Assembly: GCA_002316295.1 (NCBI GenBank)
Contig: DCDF01000240.1
Coordinates: forward strand, 1-62,492
Length of the DNA stretch: 62,492 nucleotides
Direction: 5' to 3'
Source of the DNA: Syntrophaceae bacterium UBA1062
Lineage (GTDB): Bacteria; Desulfobacterota; Desulfomonilia; UBA1062
The first letter of the stretch is position 1, and every line of letters begins with the position of its first letter. Under the pieces are notes generated by a model. That model was not told the origin of the DNA, searched no databases, and saw only the letters and a program-made list of their open reading frames with translations. Both the position numbers and the translations under genes were made by a program. Positions 42,545 to 51,039 of the stretch are shown one piece after another.

Positions 42545-45301
42545 TCACGGCTCCTGCTTCTTCAATAAATAGACCGTCAGGGCCTGTACGGCGATGCAGT
42601 ACCCGATGAGATAGGCAAAGTTCCAGGCGAGCTCCGCAAACCCTATGCCCTTGGTGAAGGTCCCGACACTGATACTCAGGAAATATCGTGCAGGAAAGAT
42701 CCACGACATGACCTGCGCACCGCCTGTAAGGGCGGATACCGGTGTGGTGAGGCCCGAAAACTCGAAGGAGGGGACAAGCGTAAGGGCAAAGGCAGCCACG
42801 AGCGCCGCTATCTGTGTCCGGGTGAAGGTGGAGATCAGAAGACCGATGCTGGTGCTCGTCATGATATACAGCAACGCGCCCAGCGCCAGTGCAGCGGCGC
42901 TTCCCTTGAAGGGGATCCGGAACAGGAACAGGATCACGGCCACCAGGATGAGAAAGCTGACGAAGTTCAGGACAACGTAGGGGATCTGCTTTCCCCAGAG
43001 GTACTCCAGGCGTGTCATGGGGCTCGAATAGAAGTTCGAGATGGACCCCAGCTCTTTCTCCCTCACCACGCCGATTGCCGTGAGCATGGAGGGGACGAGC
43101 AGGAGCACCACTGCCATGAGCCCGGGCACGACGGAAAAGCGGCTCATCACGCGGGGATTGTACCAGTAACGGGGCTCGACGTTTGCGTATGAGAACCCGG
43201 CCGGCACCGGGGACAGATCGGCCAGGTCGGTGAGATAAGACAGATGCACTGTCTCGACATAGTTTTTCGTTGTCTCGGCGCGAAACGGCATGGTCCCGTC
43301 GATCCAGACCCCCACCTCAGGGCTTCTGCCCCGCTTGATGTCCTTTTCAAATCCCGGCGGGATCTCGATCACAAAGGTGAACTCGCTCTCCTGGAACCCC
43401 TTTTCGATCTCCAGGTGGGAGCGTATGGCGGGCTGTTCGTTGAAGAGGCGTGACCCCGAGTAGTACTCCAGATAATCCCGTCCCCAGAGCTTCTGATCAT
43501 AATCCAGAATGTTGAAGTTGATGTTCTCAATGTCCGTCGAGATGCCGAAGCCGAACACGATGAGAAGAAAGGGAGTGATGATGAGAGAGGTGATGAGCCT
43601 CACCGGGTCGCGGAAGAGCTCCATGGTTTCTCTCCGGGCAAGGGCTGCAAGCCGGCCCGTGTCGAAGAGCCCCCCTTGCGCGCGTTTTCGTTCTGGCGCG
43701 ACCATGAAGGGGATGCTTCTGGGCTCGTCGTCGACCTCTGGGAGACCTGAGTGCATCTTGATGTCATCTTCCATGTACCTGATGAACGCCTCCTCGAGGG
43801 TTGTGCAGCCTCGCCTGGCGATGAGCTCGGCAGGGGATGCGCAGGCCAGGACCCGGCCCATGCTCATGAGCGCCACCCGGTCGCACCGGGCCGCCTCGTT
43901 CATGTAGTGGGTGGTCACGAAGATCGTCACCCCGTGCTCGCGGGAAAACCTGATGAGGATCTCCCAGAAGTGGTCCCGGGCCACCGGATCGACGCCCGAG
44001 GTAGGCTCGTCGAGGATGAGTATCTCCGGAGAATGAATGGCCGCCACCGCAAGCGAGAGGCGCTGACGCATGCCGAGAGGGAGACGATCGGTCCGGTCGT
44101 CCATGACCTCGGTGAGCCCGAACTGCTCGGCCATCTCTGCGACCCGGGCCGGCACCTCGTCCATGGGCAGATCGAAGAGGTGGGCGTGCATATCCAGGTT
44201 CTGCCGGACCGTCAGCTCGCCGTAGAGCGAGAATGTCTGCGACATGTACCCGATGCGTTTCTTGATTTCGATGCTCCCGGCCTCTACCGGGCGCCCGAAA
44301 AGGAAGGCCTCGCCCTCGGTCGGCCTCAGCAGCCCGGTGAGCATCTTCATAGTTGTGGTCTTTCCGCACCCGTTGGAGCCCACGAAGCCGAAAATCTCAC
44401 CCCTGGGGATGGAAAAGGAGACATTGTCCACGGCAGTGAAATCTCCAAAGCGTTTGGTGAGGCCGCTGGCCTCGATTGCAGAGCCACTATCGGAACATAT
44501 GGGCGGCGGGGCCGTGAAAACACGGTGGCCGTAGCGCATCTCTTCGGGCAGCAGGGCGATGTAGGCCTCCTCGATAGTGGCCGTGCCGGCCCTCGCCTTC
44601 AATTCCGCGGGCGTTCCGCTGGCAAGGACGCGCCCTCCCTCCATCATGACCAGCCAGTCGAGGTGTTCCGCCTCCTCCATGTATGCGGTTGCGATGAGAA
44701 TGCTCATTCCTCCGCAAGACGTGCTCATGTCCTTGACGAGCTCCCAAAACTGCCGTCGGGACAGCGGATCGACCCCGGTTGTAGGCTCATCCATGATGAG
44801 CAGCTCAGGATCGTGGATCAGGGCGCAGCACAGGCCCAGCTTCTGCTTCATGCCTCCGGAAAGCTGTCCCGCTGGCCTGTCTGCAAAGGGCAAGAGGTTC
44901 GTCGCCTCGAGGAGGCGCTGGATGCGCTCCAGCCGCTCCGCTGAGGTAAAACCGAAGAGGCGGCCGAAAAAATCGACGTTCTCGTTTACTGAAAGGGTTG
45001 CGTAGAGATTCTGGCCCAGACCCTGGGGGATGTAGGCGATGTCGGAGCAGACTCCTCGCCGGTGAATGCCGGAGCGCATGTCGCCGCCCAGGACCGAGAC
45101 CGATCCCTGCTGGATCTTCTTCTGGCCGGCGATGATGCCGAGCAGGGTGGATTTACCCACTCCGTCGGGGCCGATGAACCCGACCTGGCAGGCGCCTGGG
45201 ATGTCGAGATCGATCCCGTTCAGGGCAATCTTGCTGCCATAGCGGTGCGTGAGGCCCCTGATCCGCGCGATGGTGCGGCGGTCGGCGGCGGAACTGCTCA
45301 T
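42545..45301 (-). CDS. fused double-ATPase/permease ABC transporter (RbbA/YhiH-like)
   Basis: 918 aa. Two Walker A motifs (GPDGVGKST, GSNGCGKTT), two signature motifs (LSGGMKQK, LPLGMRQR), C-terminal ABC-2 permease. Confidence 0.9.
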   Translation of the reverse strand: MSSSAADRRTIARIRGLTHRYGSKIALNGIDLDIPGACQVGFIGPDGVGKSTLLGIIAGQKKIQQGSVSVLGGDMRSGIHRRGVCSDIAYIPQGLGQNLYATLSVNENVDFFGRLFGFTSAERLERIQRLLEATNLLPFADRPAGQLSGGMKQKLGLCCALIHDPELLIMDEPTTGVDPLSRRQFWELVKDMSTSCGGMSILIATAYMEEAEHLDWLVMMEGGRVLASGTPAELKARAGTATIEEAYIALLPEEMRYGHRVFTAPPPICSDSGSAIEASGLTKRFGDFTAVDNVSFSIPRGEIFGFVGSNGCGKTTTMKMLTGLLRPTEGEAFLFGRPVEAGSIEIKKRIGYMSQTFSLYGELTVRQNLDMHAHLFDLPMDEVPARVAEMAEQFGLTEVMDDRTDRLPLGMRQRLSLAVAAIHSPEILILDEPTSGVDPVARDHFWEILIRFSREHGVTIFVTTHYMNEAARCDRVALMSMGRVLACASPAELIARRGCTTLEEAFIRYMEDDIKMHSGLPEVDDEPRSIPFMVAPERKRAQGGLFDTGRLAALARRETMELFRDPVRLITSLIITPFLLIVFGFGISTDIENINFNILDYDQKLWGRDYLEYYSGSRLFNEQPAIRSHLEIEKGFQESEFTFVIEIPPGFEKDIKRGRSPEVGVWIDGTMPFRAETTKNYVETVHLSYLTDLADLSPVPAGFSYANVEPRYWYNPRVMSRFSVVPGLMAVVLLLVPSMLTAIGVVREKELGSISNFYSSPMTRLEYLWGKQIPYVVLNFVSFLILVAVILFLFRIPFKGSAAALALGALLYIMTSTSIGLLISTFTRTQIAALVAAFALTLVPSFEFSGLTTPVSALTGGAQVMSWIFPARYFLSISVGTFTKGIGFAELAWNFAYLIGYCIAVQALTVYLLKKQEP

Positions 45302-46287
45302 TTGAGCCTCTCCGGCCAGTCGACTGCAGGATCCATGCGTATATACGCGACACCGGGCATGCCGGGCTTCAGACGGGGATCGTCATACTCTGACAAGCTC
45401 ACGGTCACCCGGAAAACAAGCTTCTGACGCTCTTCGACAGCCTCCACCTCTTTCGGGGTGAACTGGGCCTTTTCCGAAACATAGGCCACCCTCGCCGCGA
45501 AGGACCTGTCAGGAATGGCGTCCAGAACGACCTTTGCGTCGGTGCCCAAGGGAACCATTCCCGCAAGCCGCTCTGAGAGAAAAACATTCATATAGATATC
45601 CTGAACATTCACAATGGTCAGGACCTTGCCGCCCACGGGCAGAACCTCGCCCGGCTCGGCAAGGCGGATCAGGACAGGTCCATTGATGGGACATTTCAAC
45701 ATGCAGTCGCTGATATCCGCCCTCAGGCGTTCGGTCTGCGCAACGGCGGATACGATCGCAGCCTCGATCTCTGCAACGGACGATTTCGCCGCCTCGTACT
45801 CCACTTTGAGTGTCTGCTGCGCCAACCGGTCGCGGTCATACTGCTGCTCGGGCATAACGCCCCGGTCATAGAGGCTTTTCGACCGCTTGAGCTCCTTGTC
45901 GGCCAACTCGAGCCTGAGCCTCGCCCCCTCTACGCGGGAGATGGCGGTCAGGCGCGCCTGTCTGAGCCGTGTCACCTCTGCCTCTGCCTGTCTGAGCTGT
46001 GCCTCGAGGGCCGTGGTGTCCATCCTGGCCACGATCCGGCCCTCTTCAATGAGGTCTCCCTCATCGGCAAGCACCTCTGCGAGCCGTCCGGGCGTTTTGG
46101 TGGCAATGTCGACCTCGGTCGCCTCCAGCCGACCGTTCCCGTATGCAATCCCTGCCGGCAGGGCGTCGCCGTCTCCCTTGAGGAATACGTGATATGCCAG
46201 CGCGCCCGCCAGAGGTACGGCGATACACGCCAGTGAAATTCTCTTCAGAAAACGTCTGTCTCTCAACATGATACCTCCTCGCACCAA
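45298..46287 (-). CDS. HlyD-family membrane fusion protein
   Basis: 329 aa. N-terminal TM, coiled-coil hairpin, beta-barrel. 4-nt overlap with the ABC gene. Confidence 0.9.
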   Translation of the reverse strand: MVRGGIMLRDRRFLKRISLACIAVPLAGALAYHVFLKGDGDALPAGIAYGNGRLEATEVDIATKTPGRLAEVLADEGDLIEEGRIVARMDTTALEAQLRQAEAEVTRLRQARLTAISRVEGARLRLELADKELKRSKSLYDRGVMPEQQYDRDRLAQQTLKVEYEAAKSSVAEIEAAIVSAVAQTERLRADISDCMLKCPINGPVLIRLAEPGEVLPVGGKVLTIVNVQDIYMNVFLSERLAGMVPLGTDAKVVLDAIPDRSFAARVAYVSEKAQFTPKEVEAVEERQKLVFRVTVSLSEYDDPRLKPGMPGVAYIRMDPAVDWPERLK

Positions 46288-46391
46288 AGCAGTCGGATAA
46301 ATAATATCCGTCCGGTAAAAAAACAGTCTCGGGCAGCAGCAGCCGTTCCCCTGGCAGGCTCCTCGGAGTCCTGCCGGGGATCTCCGCGTGA

Positions 46392-47039
46392 TTATCCTTC
46401 GTCCTTCCCGGTGTTCGGAGAACCCGCAGGCCGCTTTTGACTTTTCTTTTCCGGCAGGAGTCTGTTCATGACTCCGGACACGCTCCGGCAGATCTCTGCC
46501 AGATCGAGGTCCTTGCTCAGGACCTGCCGGACGATTATCCCCTCCATCATGGCGATCATGAGTGCGGCATAGATCTTCTTGTCCGGAACGACAAATTCGC
46601 CGGCACGTTCACCGTCATCGAGAAGCCCGGTCAAGATCCGGTCGTAGAGGCGATACTGTTCCAGCAGCATCTCCCGGATGGATTCATCCACAAACGAGCT
46701 TTCCCAGAACACGACCAGCGCGCTGTAGAGCTCGATGTCTTCCTGCAGAGACCGGGTCAAGTGCTCACCAATGGCAGTGATCCTGTCTCTTGCCGAGCGG
46801 ATGCTCCCGATTTCGGTGAGAATCCTGTTCAGGTTCTCTTCGACAAATACCCGGAACAAATCGATGAGCACCGCCTTCTTCGATGGATAGTACCAGTAGA
46901 TGCTGCCCTTGGACATGCCGTATTCGGCTGCGATCTCGTCAATCGTGGTCTGGGCATAGCCCTTGCGCTGGAAACAGCGCTTGGCCGCAGCGAGTATCTG
47001 CTGCTTTCTGATCCCGGAAGACACTCTGGGGCCTTTCAC
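46392..47039 (-). CDS. TetR family transcriptional regulator
   Basis: 215 aa, GTG start. HTH TTIDEIAAEYGMSKGSIYWYYPSKK. Confidence 0.9.
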   Translation of the reverse strand: MKGPRVSSGIRKQQILAAAKRCFQRKGYAQTTIDEIAAEYGMSKGSIYWYYPSKKAVLIDLFRVFVEENLNRILTEIGSIRSARDRITAIGEHLTRSLQEDIELYSALVVFWESSFVDESIREMLLEQYRLYDRILTGLLDDGERAGEFVVPDKKIYAALMIAMMEGIIVRQVLSKDLDLAEICRSVSGVMNRLLPEKKSQKRPAGSPNTGKDEG

Positions 47040-47061
47040 AATCCTCCCTCGTTCATAACAT

Positions 47062-47075
47062 ACTGACTAGTCAGT
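47062..47075. promoter_or_regulatory. perfect 14-bp palindrome ACTGACTAGTCAGT (candidate TetR operator)
   Basis: 23 nt upstream of the TetR start. Overlaps the candidate -10 of a reverse-strand TTGACC-N17-TAAACT promoter (47073..47101). Confidence 0.55.
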
Positions 47076-47223
47076 TTAGTTCATTTTCTCATATGGGTCA
47101 ACTGGGTAATAGACAGGGCAATGATCACCAGAGAGCTAAAAAGAGCAGAAGCTCCGGGTGGATTTCCGGGCCGCGCTTTATGCCGTACGACAGGGCGAAG
47201 CAGCCTCCCGAGAGAATCATGGC

Positions 47224-47253
47224 TTGACATATACTGTGTTTTCAAGGTAGTAT
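47224..47253 (+). promoter_or_regulatory. candidate sigma-70 promoter TTGACA-N18-TAGTAT
   Basis: Perfect -35. The -10 ends 6 nt before the ATG at 47260. Confidence 0.4.
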
Positions 47254-47259
47254 CGAAGA

Positions 47260-47616
47260 ATGCCCATCATGAAGGAAAAGCGCGCATTCGAGAGGATCGG
47301 CCTTGACAACATCCGCGGGTCTGTGGAGCTCATGGAAATCGTGAAACCCATCTCCATCGTCAATGCCTGCGAGGAAGGCGTTTGTGTGAATGGTGCCGAT
47401 TTTCCGGTAGGCTCCGTGGTTCGTCTTGCAATCGCCTCTCAGGAGGAACATCCGGATATATCCCTGTACTGCAAGGTCGTCTGGGCGTCACACAAGGAGG
47501 ACCCTGAGAGGAAATCCGGCCTCTTTTTCCTGAACACGAACAAGATCCTGTTCCGGAAGGACCTGCTCTCCTTCGCCAGGCTGATCGAATCGACCCGCAA
47601 GCAGTCTGCGCTCTAA
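47260..47616 (+). CDS. PilZ domain protein
   Basis: 118 aa. N-terminal KEKRAFERI (RxxxR-like) and a beta-barrel pattern. Confidence 0.65.
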   Translation: MPIMKEKRAFERIGLDNIRGSVELMEIVKPISIVNACEEGVCVNGADFPVGSVVRLAIASQEEHPDISLYCKVVWASHKEDPERKSGLFFLNTNKILFRKDLLSFARLIESTRKQSAL

Positions 47617-48620
47617 CCGCCCAGGGTATTCATCAGCGTGGAGCAACCCTGGCCGGCTGCCGAAGAAGTGCCTGCGCAGAGGCCGTGGTTCAGCTTCTTC
47701 ATCTTCACGCCCTCTTCGATCAGGGCTTCCAGCTCGCGGTCGGAAATGCCCTGCCTCATGGGCGTCAGGAGATCGATCTCCTCTCCCGAGAACAGGCACG
47801 GCCTGAGGTGGCCGTTCGCCGTTATCCTGATCCGATTGCATCTGCCGCAGAAGGCGTGCTCGCTCAAAGCCCCGATGAGGCCTATAGTTCCCTGCGCCCC
47901 GCGTATACGATAAACCTTCGCAGGCCCGTGATTATACTCCACCGGCTCAAGGGTCCCGAACCTCTCTTCGATCTTTTCCCGGATCTCGGGGGCACCGATG
48001 AGTTCGTATTCCCCATACCGTGTTGCGCACCCCATGGGCATGAGCTCGATAAATCTCACTTCTACCGGGGACCGTCGTGTCATTTCCGCGAAAGCTGGTA
48101 TCTCATCGTCGTTGAATCCCCTGATGGCCACGACATTGATCTTGATCGGAGACAGTCCGGCATCGAACGCGCGCCGTATCCCTGCAATGACCCTCTCGAA
48201 GGCATCCACCCGGGTGATGTGAGCGAATTTCTCCCTGTCGAGAGTGTCCAGACTGATATTGAGCCTGTTCAACCCCGCCTTCTTGAGGGAGCCCGCCATC
48301 GTGTCCAACATCACGCCATTGGTGGTGAGCGACAGGTCTCTGAGCCCCTGCATCTCCCGGATGCATCGGATGAACGGCACAACTCCTTTGCGTATCAGCG
48401 GCTCGCCGCCGGTGATGCGGACCTTGTCCACACCGCGCGCAATGCAGATGCGCAGTACGCGCAGAAACTCCTCATACCGCATGATATGCTCATGGGGGAT
48501 CCACTCGATCCCTGAAGAAGGCATGCAGTATCTGCACCGGAAGTTGCACCGGTCGGTTATCGATATGCGGACATAGTGAATCTGCCTGTTATATTCGTCA
48601 ATGAGCGGCTTCATGTTCAA
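47613..48620 (-). CDS. moaA: GTP 3',8-cyclase MoaA
   Basis: 335 aa. CNFRCRYC radical SAM cluster and C-terminal CGRCNRIRITANG. Confidence 0.95.
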   Translation of the reverse strand: MNMKPLIDEYNRQIHYVRISITDRCNFRCRYCMPSSGIEWIPHEHIMRYEEFLRVLRICIARGVDKVRITGGEPLIRKGVVPFIRCIREMQGLRDLSLTTNGVMLDTMAGSLKKAGLNRLNISLDTLDREKFAHITRVDAFERVIAGIRRAFDAGLSPIKINVVAIRGFNDDEIPAFAEMTRRSPVEVRFIELMPMGCATRYGEYELIGAPEIREKIEERFGTLEPVEYNHGPAKVYRIRGAQGTIGLIGALSEHAFCGRCNRIRITANGHLRPCLFSGEEIDLLTPMRQGISDRELEALIEEGVKMKKLNHGLCAGTSSAAGQGCSTLMNTLGG

Positions 48621-49396
48621 ATCTCCCTGATGATCTTCTTCATGGCTGCATTTTTATACAAAATCTGAGTTCCGCCGCCTTCCATGACGATATCCATGGC
48701 CCGCCGGGCATCGACGACCCTGCACCCGGCGATGAGGGTAATCGGCGTAGCGGAAAAGGCCTTTGGAAGCATGGGCGTGGACGGCCCCATGAGAATCACG
48801 GCCCTCGCCCTGGTCTTGAGTGCGAGGATATCCCGGATACTCCCGTTGACGATGGTGGTTGCAGTCAGGATGACGATATCGGCCCGGGACATGCTCTCTT
48901 CCATGGCGTCATGCGGACGGATACGCTCATCGCGAATATCGCGGTGCTCGAAAACATCGACGGTGCATCCCCCGGCCTTCAGCATGGCGGCCACCGGCGC
49001 GATAAATCCCACCATGGTCGCCCTGTCCGACTGGCGGACCCCGACCTTATCGAACACATCCCCTTCGTACCCGCTTCCTTCCTGATTGCTTACGGCATTG
49101 ACCGTTGCCAGAGCGATGGAGCGGCTCAGGAGATCGGTCTTTCGCCCGAGATCGAGGATGTCCGCAACCGTGGAGCCCTTCAACGAGCCGGCCCGGGCGA
49201 AGACCGTGCAGCTCGTCTTTTCTTCGGGCAGTATATTGGCGCACAACCCCACACCCGATCCCTCTACCTCTACCGCGATGTATCCGAGACCCAGCACCAC
49301 CTGGCGTATTTTCTGCTGATGGCTGATTTTCGGCACTTCTCTGATGATTTCTTCGATCACTCGGCCAGTGTATTCTTTTTGAGTATGCTTTGTCAA
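48617..49396 (-). CDS. DUF364/DUF4213 Rossmann-like (putative metal-chelation) protein
   Basis: 259 aa. The pattern VVLGLGYIAVE...ALATVNA...MVGFI...ILTATTIVNGS is typical of this family. Confidence 0.75.
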   Translation of the reverse strand: MTKHTQKEYTGRVIEEIIREVPKISHQQKIRQVVLGLGYIAVEVEGSGVGLCANILPEEKTSCTVFARAGSLKGSTVADILDLGRKTDLLSRSIALATVNAVSNQEGSGYEGDVFDKVGVRQSDRATMVGFIAPVAAMLKAGGCTVDVFEHRDIRDERIRPHDAMEESMSRADIVILTATTIVNGSIRDILALKTRARAVILMGPSTPMLPKAFSATPITLIAGCRVVDARRAMDIVMEGGGTQILYKNAAMKKIIREI

Positions 49397-49442
49397 ATAT
49401 ATGTTGGCTTGTATATAAAGGTGACTGGGGAGAAAAGGCTGA

Positions 49443-49943
49443 TCACGCCTGTGTTCCGGCCACAGGGATCCCCTCGAGCCTGAGCAGGATCTCCTTCCGG
49501 AAGAGTCCGGAGCTGAAGCCGCCCAGGGAATTATATGCCAACACCCGATGGCAAGGCACTATGATCGGGACCGGATTGCGTTTGCACGCCTGCCCGACGG
49601 CTCGCGCCAGGTGCGGGTTGCCGAGGGACCTGGCGATATCACCGTAGGTGCTCACCCTCCCGAAGGGGATATGCGAGACGGCCAGAAGTGCGCGGTCCGA
49701 CACTCGACGGGGAGGATGGGAGGCCTTTTCCCGGACCCATACCGGCCGCGTTTCCTCAAAAGAGAGCGTACCGGGAAACCGGGCTTCCCGGCCCGTAAAA
49801 TAGTCGCCGAGAGGGCCGAGTATCCAGTCGAGCTCGCCTGTGTGCGGAGGGCCTGGTATACTATCCCAGCTCACCTCGAAAACAGAATCCTGATTGCCGG
49901 ATATCCAGAGCCTACCGCAGGGGGTGTCGATCTTCGCGATCAT
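49443..49943 (-). CDS. ogt: methylated-DNA--protein-cysteine methyltransferase
   Basis: 166 aa. Active site IIVPCHRVL. Confidence 0.9.
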   Translation of the reverse strand: MIAKIDTPCGRLWISGNQDSVFEVSWDSIPGPPHTGELDWILGPLGDYFTGREARFPGTLSFEETRPVWVREKASHPPRRVSDRALLAVSHIPFGRVSTYGDIARSLGNPHLARAVGQACKRNPVPIIVPCHRVLAYNSLGGFSSGLFRKEILLRLEGIPVAGTQA

Positions 49944-50920
49944 GTGGACGGACCTGGCTTCGGCCTGATGCCTGATTCTTGCCGCTCAATTTTTTCAACC
50001 AGTCTCTCCAGCAGGATCCTGGTCCGGCGCTGCTCATCGAGCAGGTCGCGAATCATTCCTCTCAGGTCTCCGTTCTTCTGGACATCGGCGGGAGAGGGAG
50101 ACTTTGCGATCCTGGGCTTCGGAGACTTCAGAATCATGGTGATCAGGCGGGTCCAGAACCTTTCATGATCCACCTCCGCCGCACCCTGCCCCAGAAGCGT
50201 CGATGCAATGATCCGGTAGCACCGGGAGATGTCGGAGGTGGGATATCTGACCACGGCCGGGACCTGATCGGATACGGCCCTGGAGAGTTTCTCATCCTGG
50301 TATATGCTCCCCAGATATTCCACATGGGTGTCGAGAAACCGCTGGGATGCGGACGAAATCTTTTTGTAGAGGTTGTGCCCGGAGGAGCTGTTCTTCACCA
50401 TGCTTGAGAACATGGAGATTCTGCCCTGATACTCGTTTTTGCGGAGCACCTTGATCATCGCATAGGCGTCCGTAAGGCTGGTGGGCTCGGGGGTTACGCC
50501 GATGATCACCTCGGGAGCGGCCATGAGAAAGGAGATGACGCCTGTGGAGATGCCGGACGCCGTGTCGACGAGCAGGTAATCCGAAGATGCGGAAATGCTG
50601 GAAACCTGCTTCACCAGAGCCTCTATCCGCTCCCTGCTCAGGTCGGCAATGTCCTGTGTGCCGGAGCAGCCCGGGATCAGATCGACCCGGTAGTCGGTCC
50701 TGATGATGATGTCGCCGATGCCGGTTTCCCCGAGGATCACGTCCTCAAGCGTCCTTTGGGGCCGTATGCCCAGAAGCACATCGATATTGGCGAGCCCGAG
50801 ATCGGCGTCGAGGATGCATACCCGATGATCCATCATGGCGAGGCAGATGCCGACATTAAGCACAAAATTGCTCTTCCCTACGCCGCCTTTTCCGGATGTT
50901 ACCGCAATTATCCTCGCCAT
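49940..50920 (-). CDS. MinD/ParA/FlhG-family P-loop ATPase with C-terminal extension
   Basis: 326 aa. Deviant Walker A SGKGGVGKS and DADLGLANID. Confidence 0.85.
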   Translation of the reverse strand: MARIIAVTSGKGGVGKSNFVLNVGICLAMMDHRVCILDADLGLANIDVLLGIRPQRTLEDVILGETGIGDIIIRTDYRVDLIPGCSGTQDIADLSRERIEALVKQVSSISASSDYLLVDTASGISTGVISFLMAAPEVIIGVTPEPTSLTDAYAMIKVLRKNEYQGRISMFSSMVKNSSSGHNLYKKISSASQRFLDTHVEYLGSIYQDEKLSRAVSDQVPAVVRYPTSDISRCYRIIASTLLGQGAAEVDHERFWTRLITMILKSPKPRIAKSPSPADVQKNGDLRGMIRDLLDEQRRTRILLERLVEKIERQESGIRPKPGPST

Positions 50921-51039
50921 TGTTCTATCCTGGTCATTTGTGCTTGCAATATACGTGCAAAGATTCCATATGAAAAATAAACGGATTTTTCAAGGTTTTT
51001 GCGCTGGATGGAAAATTATTTCCTTGACAGGAGAATTAT

